49,013 nt of DNA from Phoronis australis (Eukaryota; Animalia; Phoronida). The notes below the pieces were generated by a model that ran no database searches, was not told the DNA's origin, and saw only the letters and a list, made by a program, of their open reading frames with translations. This document shows positions 41,339 through 49,013 of the stretch, one piece after another. The stretch is from the NCBI GenBank assembly GCA_002633005.1, contig NMRA01000318.1, positions 1-49,013 of the forward strand. Direction: 5' to 3'. Every line of letters begins with the position of its first letter. Position 1 is the stretch's first letter. The position numbers and the translations under genes are program-made.

Positions 41339-41620
41339 CGTCACATATTTTGATGTTACAAAAACGCCACGACGGTACATCTTCTCCTTCTATGTAACAC
41401 CAAGGACCGTTCTTCTCACCATCCGGATTTCGACAAAAGTTCGAAAATCTCACGGCTTTTGACCATTTCTCATATGAATCCTTTAAACGTTTACGTTTTG
41501 ACATGTGCATCTGAACTTCTGGACTACCCCATATCCTGCATTCTTCTCCCGTCTTGGCGTAGTTAACCTTACCGTTATAGCCAAGTCCTTTAACGTCAAC
41601 TTTGCATCCGAGGCTTGTCT
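41339..41620 (-). CDS. Kringle-domain exon (282 nt, phase 1-1)
   Basis: ttttttttgcag|ETSLGCKVDVKGLGYNG...GEECRIW...NFCRNPDGEKNGPWCY...WRFCNIKICDG|gtaagt has six cysteines and canonical splice sites. Confidence 0.95.
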
Positions 41621-41675
41621 CTGCAAAAAAAAAATAAGCCGCGACATTATGTTTGACGAAAGTTTTAGAAATGTA

Positions 41676-42741
41676 GATATCAACAACTACTTCAGAGACG
41701 CAAGGCACTTCCGAAGCATTTTGGACTCTCGAGGAAATCGAAAAAATATACCCGCTTTCCTCGCAGCATCATAGGCCGCACCAACATGAAGGATACACCA
41801 CGCAATAGCGGCATTCACTCTTCAGAAGAACCACTGGCGTCGTTGCGTTGCTTACTCACCTTTCTGAGACCTTAACGTGACACCTCGCGGCGAGGTACTG
41901 TCTACCATATACGATGTGATTTTGATATAGAATAATTAAGACAGCAAAAAAGGTCTAATTAAGTCGAGTGGCATTTTCCTTTAAAGAGATTTTTGATGAG
42001 GTAGCTTTCTTCAATTATTCAACTATCGCTAAAATAAGTGAATATCAGTGATCACATTAATTTTAATCGAATGGAAGCAAATAACACAATTCTGTCCTCA
42101 AAATTTCGCCTTAGTGAATTTTCGGGATGACCCAATCATCAGGACAGAAGCACAGACGTTATTAAACACGTAAGCCCTCGCCTGGCTATCCCTTTGGTAT
42201 TACAGGTCNGATATCAACAACTACTTCAGAGACGCAAGGCACTTCCGAAGCATTTTGGACTCTCGAGGAAATCGAAAAAATATACCCGCTTTCCTCGCAG
42301 CATCATAGGCCGCACCAACATGAAGGATACACCACGCAATAGCGGCATTCACTCTTCAGAAGAACCACTGGCGTCGTTGCGTTGCTTACTCACCTTTCTG
42401 AGACCTTAACGTGACACCTCGCGGCGAGGTACTGTCTACCATATACGATGTGATTTTGATATAGAATAATTAAGACAGCAAAAAGGGTCTAATTAAGTCA
42501 AGTGGCATTTTCCTTTAAAGAGATTTTTGATGAGGTAGCTTTCTTCAATTATTCAACTATCGCTAAAATAAGTGAATATCAGTGATCACATTAATCTTAA
42601 TCGAATGGAAGCAAATAACACAATTCTGTCCTCAAAATTTCGCCTTAGTGAATTTTCGGGATGACCCCATCATCAGGACAGAAGCACAAAAGTTATTAAA
42701 CACGTAAGCCCTCGCCTGGCTATCCCTTTGGTATTACAGGT
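41676..42741. repeat. Near-identical 532-bp direct repeat flanking N at 42209 (probable allelic contig overlap)
   Basis: 41676-42207 vs 42210-42741 differ by about 6 substitutions and meet at the N. Confidence 0.9.
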
Positions 42742-43043
42742 GGACGTAATTGGCTACACAGAAAAAAGGTTTGTGTGCAAGTAAGACGTGATTTGAATTT
42801 CTGTGTTGAAGTTGTATTTTCTTCTCGCAGTTGGTGTGTTTTGCAATATAAGTTTTTGGGATCGATTTTTACTCGAAGTATGTTAGAATTTGAAAGCCAA
42901 AGTCTGTCGTACACTGTATACCCGGGGTCAGACATTACGTGTATACACTGTTTTCCTGGTGAGTTTACAAAAACTTCGTCTTCAAATGTGAACTTATTCA
43001 CCAGAGAGTTAAGCGAGCTCTCTAGTGCAGTCAGGAACTTGCA
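42670..43043 (-). pseudogene. Best-preserved decayed CUB-like exon
   Basis: tttatttcag|VQVPDCTRELA* then frameshift to NKFTFEDEVFVNSPGKQCIHVMSDPGYTVY...IDPKNLYCKTHQL...RLTC, then frameshift to GIARRGLTCLITF. Four-Cys spacing resembles CUB. Confidence 0.55.
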
Positions 43044-43452
43044 CTGAAATAAAACGATATATTTTATTTCGGAATGAAATCTTCTCTGGTGGAGAGTTCG
43101 TCAAAAACCACAGGACATTGATCTATTTCTATGAAAGTAAATTAGAAACAATACACAAATCACACATGATATCGAGGACAAGAAGAGTAAATTCCAAACA
43201 ATTAAAGCAATGAGGTAAACTTTTCCATGCCATTCATTAAACATTCTTGGTATTTTTGCTAGTACATGTATGTTGACTGGATAGCACTGAAGACAGTCAC
43301 TTAATTCACTTAATGCCGAATCTTCACGCTTTGGTTTTCAGTTGAGTAAGTGACCCATTCCATTCACACAATCAATGCTTCGATGACCTATATAGAAAAC
43401 TAGATTCCTTAATGCCCATGTAGAATACATGTAGTTGCCTTGAGTTGCTTAC

Positions 43453-43467
43453 CAGATGATTCTAGCA
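43453..43467 (-). CDS. 15-nt symmetric phase-1 microexon (V-LESS), probable paralogue of 4714-4734
   Basis: catttctcag|TGCTAGAATCATCTG|gtaagc. Begins TG-TAGA-TCA like the 21-nt microexon. Confidence 0.6.
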
Positions 43468-43589
43468 CTGAGAAATGTCGCTTAAGATACGTTGCAGTAC
43501 TTTGTTTTGATCACGTTAACTCACTGAAGATATAAATTTAGATTGTCCCGACTGTAGGGAAGGCTTGGAAACTCATGCCTGGCTTATGG

Positions 43590-43770
43590 TGCTTTCGCGT
43601 TTCGTTCATGCCTACCTCACTGTAAGTTCTGCGCACAGTCACGCTTACGCTCACGCCAATTGTCACGGTAGATTAATGCCTCATTCTCCGGTCTGTCTAA
43701 GGTTGCGGTCACGACTGGCTAGACCGGAGGCATCGATGGCAAAGTCTAGTAATTTAATGGCTGTACTGTA
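43590..43770. mobile_element. End of TACAGT-terminus DNA element, further copy
   Basis: cacagtcacgcttacgctcacgcc...ctcattctccggt...ggctgtactgta is homologous to 3925-4059. Confidence 0.7.
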
Positions 43771-43859
43771 CAGGCAAGCTAGATAAAAAGTAAACTATCT
43801 AGGACTTAGAAGTAATGAAGTTGCTGCAGTTTCATGCAATGAAGTGTCAGAATCAGCGA

Positions 43860-45000
43860 AAAAATGAGATGATTGAGGAGGGGGATGGCGATTCCAAATT
43901 TTGCACTCAGGAAAGTATTTTTTTCAAAATGCGATAGTTCTATTACAAATAAAAAATATAAAATCATTTGCAATCAATTGGAAATTAAGCCAAAATGATT
44001 GACTATTTTTCACCCGCTGTGCCTCTGGTCACCGGACTGATCAGAATATGGCTTCTACAAATCTCTTTGACCTTCCAAATGGATTAGAACCTTGTGATGC
44101 AGAATATTTAGACAAACCGCAGCCTAATGATGATTTTGTTGAAGTATAACGTACGTCTCCAGAAAGTAATGGGATCAGGTTTGAGTCTTACAAGTGTTTC
44201 AGGCAGGTAGCCAAAGGGACTCAACTGGAAGCTATATTTTACAGTTAAAAGATTGGGGAAGCACCATGATCACAAATGTAAGGAGTGAATACCCTCCTCC
44301 CCAAGTGTAAAATGAGGTTGTACGGTTGTCATTATATAATGGGAGACCCATATTGTTCTTATTTAATTCCAATTTATGTACGAAGGTCCTGAGGCTTCGA
44401 TTGAATAGTGTCATCGATAAGTTAGTCCATGAAAATCAAACAGAAGCAAAATGTTGATGTATCTATTTAACATCTGAATTATACAAGATATTATTTAATA
44501 ACAATAAAGAAAATAGGGAAGACAGCATATTCTGAGATAATTGTAAAGTGTTCGGCTCACTTTCACGACACTTTCTGTCAAAGGTTTGAATGCTCTTAAA
44601 TTTGACTCTCTTTTCATTAAAGGGATCCACATAATATTATATTAGTCCTTGGACATGCGTAATTAACAACGGATTTACTACCAGTTATTTACCACTTCAA
44701 CAGGGAGTGCGACATGGTGGCTCACTCTCTGGCAACTTATTTTCCTTAGCAATGGCAAGTTATGTCACACAAATTGATGTCATTTCAGGAATTTAAATTC
44801 ACAATACTGAAATAACGTTTGCACAGTATATTAAATGATAAAATTTCAGGGTAAAACCGTTTTCAATTTTGATTAATTTTGACCGGGTGTTTGTTTTGAA
44901 AATAAAAATATGAAGGTAAAAAGCGTTGTTCTGTATCCTGGAAGAGAAATACCTTGTTCCGAGCCAAAACCACTCCTAAGCAATTCATTGGCCTGCCACT
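43860..45000 (+). mobile_element. Highly decayed L1/Tx1-type LINE RT fragment
   Basis: EEGDG.SKF, SPESNGIRFESYKCF (SPGxDG..EFYK), TCVINNGFTTSYLPLQQGVRHGGSLSGNLF (RGVRQGxPLS), GI.IHNTEITFAQY. Confidence 0.8.
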
Positions 45001-45599
45001 AAGTGATAACCTTTAATACTATCAATACAACATACATGTAGTTAGCAAAACTGTATCATGGTATGTCATAAATAGCATGACAGATTTTATATTATTGATT
45101 GATTATTTGACATTGGTTCTTTTTATATTAGATATCAATCGTAGATTGTGTATTATTTCTCACTTATTTTTATACTGGATGATTGATGGTTTTGAACTAA
45201 CTCTGCACCAGAGAGGTGGTATGCAGAAATATGCTAAGTAGATTTATTTTCGTTCAAGCATCTGACTGCAATTGAGACATTGCTCTTCTCTCTGGTGCCT
45301 GTCTTAAAACTTAAGGATAAATTTTAAGTAACCTAAGCAGGATACATTGGCTTTACGCGCAATTGATATTTGACCAATTATATATACATGTATTACAGAG
45401 CTTCTGCTTTCAAATTTCCCGCATTCACTGAAATGGTAACTTTGAATAAAAAAAAAACAACTGCGAGAGATAAGCAACAATTTCAACAGTGAAAATCAAA
45501 GCATGACTAATGTCAGAATAAATATTGATTAAGTAATTAGTAAGAATACATCCATTTTAAGTTGTACAAAATTTGTCCACATGTACTTTTAAATCATGG

Positions 45600-46310
45600 G
45601 GTCAGACTTGTTGACTTGTATTTTAACGTCAAAATGTATTTTTAGATGGTGTTTACAACTTTGGGTTCTGGGGTCAAAGTACTCTAGAGATTCTAGAATA
45701 TTCTGAGAGCAAATTGTAACAGCCAATAATATGAGTGGATATGATCATGTGATTTTTATTAGCCAATCACTAAATAAGTAGAATGGTATATTATGGGCTG
45801 AAATCAGCAAGATAATGAGATGCGCTAGAGTAGTTGAAGCATAAAGACTTGCTACAGTGTACAGAAGCAGTTGTACGACAGAACCATCTCGTGGAAGATT
45901 CTAGAAAGGATCTTGGCAAGGGCAAGGGTTAACGAACAGGAAGTTAACTAAGAGCTTGTCTTTTGGATTTGTGGGTAGTAAGATACTACCTGAAGTGTTG
46001 CGTCATCAGCCAGAGACTGTGACCAGCAAGAAGATTCGCGGGTAGAAGAAATTGCCTGCAAGTGTTGCATCACCAGAGACGGTGAACAGCAAGTACACTG
46101 TCGCTATACAGTGTGTGTAGTTCGAAGAGTCACCAACAGGACAGACATCCAACAAGTGGAGAGTCCTAGCTTGGATAGCAGATAAGACATTTGATCGTTT
46201 GGTTGTTTGATAAAAGTAACCTTTAAAGAGGGCGCTAGCGTAGTTTCTCTTTGTAGTTGATTACTTAATTAACAATAGGTTTCATTTGTCTAATTAGGGG
46301 TTATCATATA
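45600..46310. mobile_element. Possible solo LTR
   Basis: tctagaa-rich segments like the 34906-35388 LTR, and an internal 35-40-bp duplication (about 45993 and 46059). Ends not defined. Confidence 0.3.
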
Positions 46311-46349
46311 ATAAATTAATTACTGGATTTGATTATTCACTCTCCATCT

Positions 46350-46570
46350 ACGCACAACTTCAAAGCATTGCTACCTTTTAAACACACCCACACAGACAAT
46401 CGTCTGACAACTAACTTGCATAAAAATTTCCTCATGTGTAGGCAATTACATCGCCCTGTAATGCCCCGGCATACATGTAGCCAGTCGAGGGTTTACGTAA
46501 TGCCTAATGCTGTGTTCCATTCCGCTTGATTCGGTCATCCGGAATATAAAACTAAGATGATATTTTCTTT
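46350..46570 (-). pseudogene. Decayed CUB-like module (partial)
   Basis: SIRHYVNPRLATCMPGHYRAM*LPTHEEIFMQVSCQTIVC parallels ILRVKIDPKNLYC...RLTCTQTFFLC of 42670-43043. Confidence 0.4.
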
Positions 46571-47249
46571 CTAGGGATGCCTTATTAGGTTTCCTTTCGT
46601 TTTGAATAATGTGATAATTGATATTTTCTTTTGATTGCTAGTTCAAAATTTAACAAATGCTACCACTTCATAAGACAATTTAATTGATTTTGCACATTCG
46701 GTTATTAACGCAATAATGCCAAATCATTCTTTGTTAGCAAATGCATCCGAAGTTTCAAAAGCATCAAACCTTTGTTTACGTGGTCTTTCTGCCGTTCAAC
46801 AACGTATCAATTTGTTTTGCGAAGGCTATTATTATAGTTATCAGTTTTGCTTTTCTGCTGATTAGAAGCCATATTAACCCTAAACACCTCTCTACTTTCT
46901 AGGACTATTGTGTTTCACACTCTCAGAACTGTATGCAAAATGCGCCAAAAGTATTACATAGTTCGTGGACATCACTAATTTATCAGAACAGCTAACGTTT
47001 AGTGAGTTGTGCAAATGTTTTATATGAAATTGGTTTTGTATATTGCGTGATATTTATTGCATGCCTATTATGTCAAATATTGAATGAACCGAGGTGTAAA
47101 CCTAATGCGAACTTTCTATCAAACATTTTTTCGCCAGTAATCTATCTACGGAACTGAATAATGTAAATTTTAGAAAAGGATTTTGGAAATTTCAGACAAT
47201 GACAGTGACGATTTTATTAGATTTTATATTCCAATCAAGTAATTTTCAG

Positions 47250-47508
47250 TGACATGTTATGGCCACTCTGACCAAGTTTCCAGTACTGTCACGTCTGGAT
47301 TTACAGGTAGCAACATCAACATCTAAATATAACCGTTTCTCATTGTATGCAAAGACAAGGGAAGTCAGTGATGTTCTGCGATATCTTTTTGTTTGTATAT
47401 ATGTATGCAGTTTCCGGGCTCCGTTCCGTAAAAGCGACTAAAACACAAACGATTCGGCGGTCTCACGATCCTATACCAACTGCTGTGTGAAGTTTTGGTC
47501 AAGCAATT
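47250..47508 (-). pseudogene. Decayed CUB-like module
   Basis: gtgctcag|NCLTK...IVRPPN...EPGNCIHIY...* then frameshift to RLYLDVDVATCKS...VAITCH. Shares PG-x-CIH[IV] and Cys spacing with 42670-43043. Confidence 0.45.
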
Positions 47509-47586
47509 CTGAGCACATGAAAGTAGAAAATGATTGATCAAAATTATCTCAGAAACTAGCAATGATTCTCGTATAATTTTGCTTAC

Positions 47587-47789
47587 CTGAAGTTCAGAAA
47601 TCTGTACGTGGAGCGAAATTTCATTCTCAAATCAAAAGTCACTTCATGAAACAGAATCCCCGGACTTAACCTATCATTTGGAGATACTTCTGTTTGAAAG
47701 GATTGTGGCGGTGGACAGAATTAATCATCCATAAACAACCTTGCTAATGTGTAAGATACTGAGCCACATCACCACGTTCCGTTCAATAT
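47587..47789 (-). pseudogene. Candidate first coding exon with a disrupted signal-peptide-like start
   Basis: aaaacag| acceptor and CAG|gtaagc donor. ATG at 47769 reads MWLSILHISKVVYG*LILSTATILS: hydrophobic but interrupted by TGA. Confidence 0.3.
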
Positions 47790-48057
47790 CTGTTTTATCA
47801 CAACTTAAAATGCGTATTATTCTTGTTGTTTTATTTGTCCTCAATAAAGGTGTAAGCAATGTTGGCACACGTGCACATAACGGAATAATTCAGTTGTCTT
47901 CAATATATACCAGAGCGTGATTTCTGCGCGAATTTAACCCAAAGTCCAGCATCATGAGGAAAAAACTTACCACATCCATTTGACCAGTCAGACAGGTGAC
48001 CGCTATTACTAACTCAGCGAGTGGGACAGACCTTTTGAGGGAGGGTGCTTTCAATAA

Positions 48058-48500
48058 ACCCGCTCACTAGGGGTGGGGACTTAACATGCGCTTCGAGTAC
48101 ATGTACATGAATTGGATGGAATGTGACATTGCCTCACCAGAACTATGGAGTGCCACGCAAGGATCTACAGAGTGGCAATACAAGTGTAAATGCACATGTA
48201 TCATTATGCGTGAGCTATTTCAGGGCAACATAATAGACCGGGCTTTGACTAGTTCTTCGGATCCACATGCAGGTAAACACAACTACAAGGCGACTAAATT
48301 GGTCTTAACCGTTATTAACCGCTGTTAAATTGTTAATGGGACAGGATGTGGAGTCATAAACTGGACAACTTAGTGCAACGCCAGACGAGCTAAAGAATTC
48401 CGTTTGTATGACAGATACGTCGAATTACGAAATCATTCGGAACTCAGTAATGCAAGACGCCAAAGGAACGGTTAGTTTTGTTAGTTCGCTCAAAGACAAC
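48058..48500 (+). repeat. Dispersed copy of the 40250-40700 element arm
   Basis: Shared cactagg.g.tggggactt.acatgc and aacgccagacgag.t.aag...tgtatgac..atacg blocks in the same order. Confidence 0.75.
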
Positions 48501-48648
48501 GCAAAAGTCCCTATCAATTGATTATATTCGCCAGCACAATAAACGCAAACGGTCTACCAACATGGACGCTCTGGAACGCTCCTCCAGCTAGTGGGGAGAG
48601 GTGAAACACCAGAGACGCCTGGCGGCTAATACAAAGCTTAACACCAAC

Positions 48649-49013
48649 ACTCACTCCTTTTTCTTTTATGATAAGGATGGCAGTAAAAAGTGGGTAAATA
48701 TATGAACAGAAAAACTTAATGTAAAAACTAACTAAACTAATGTGAAAGTCTATAACTGTCCGGTTTGAATAGCATTAAGTATGTTCACAGACGAAGCACC
48801 ACGCTTCGTCATACAGTTCGCTAACTGCTGATGACCAGGACACCACTTGATATAGTTTACATCCTTGGTTTGTAACGACTGTCTTATCGCACTAATGTCA
48901 AGCCGCAAGCGTTTATCGTCAACCAACTTGGTCGAATGAACGGCTTCGACAACACTCTTATTGTCCACGAATGCGACAACGGGAATTGATTTTGGAGGCA
49001 GTCCCAACAAATC
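48649..49013 (-). mobile_element. 3' end of a Ty1/copia retrotransposon (GalEa-like): RNase H, PPT, start of 3' LTR
   Basis: Pol C-terminus followed on the minus strand by purine tract aaaagaaaaaaggagtgag and then TGTTGG at 48649. LTR far end not determined. Confidence 0.85.
48750..49013 (-). CDS. Copia pol RNase H C-terminus (open, continues beyond window)
   Basis: FVDNKSVVEAVHSTKLVDDKRLRLDISAIRQ...IKWCPGHQQLANCMTK shows copia RNase H motifs with no stops. Confidence 0.9.
   Translation of the reverse strand, partial: DLLGLPPKSIPVVAFVDNKSVVEAVHSTKLVDDKRLRLDISAIRQSLQTKDVNYIKWCPGHQQLANCMTKRGASSVNILNAIQTGQL

Noticed and set aside
41676-42741. 532-bp near-perfect direct repeat as a recent biological duplication or LTR pair
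   Set aside because: The copies abut at an N and differ by about 6 SNPs, the signature of two haplotype contigs joined with overlap. Read depth would settle it.
2390-47789. In-frame stops in exon-like segments as selenocysteine or stop-codon reassignment
   Set aside because: Stops are a mix of TAA, TAG and TGA with frameshifts, and the intact exons contain none.

Overview
Eukaryotic, AT-rich, intron-rich animal DNA, most likely a marine invertebrate (inferred from the TE families and domain content; species not identifiable). There are no prokaryotic operons, CRISPR arrays or recognisable RNA genes. A minus-strand mosaic extracellular-protein gene spans the window. Its intact phase-1 exons encode three kringle domains (41339-41620, 5374-5688, 1-170 partial), two WSC domains (10163-10361, cut by an assembly gap; 8203-8487) and two related Ser/Thr linker microexons (43453-43467, 4714-4734). 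Between them lie about 8-10 exon-like segments, most retaining GT/AG sites, with divergent CUB-like cysteine spacing; each such module carries stops or frameshifts. This suggests a Kremen-like kringle/WSC/CUB locus in which one domain class has selectively decayed. The introns hold TE remnants: a 3.7-kb Academ-like TIR element with a GCA target-site duplication, an Academ transposase relic, LOA-like, CR1/L2-like and Tx1/L1-like LINEs, a Gypsy-like LTR with a primer-binding site, the 3' end of a Ty1/copia element, and several MITE families. Two single Ns (10162, 42209) mark probable contig joins; the second is flanked by a probable allelic-overlap artefact.
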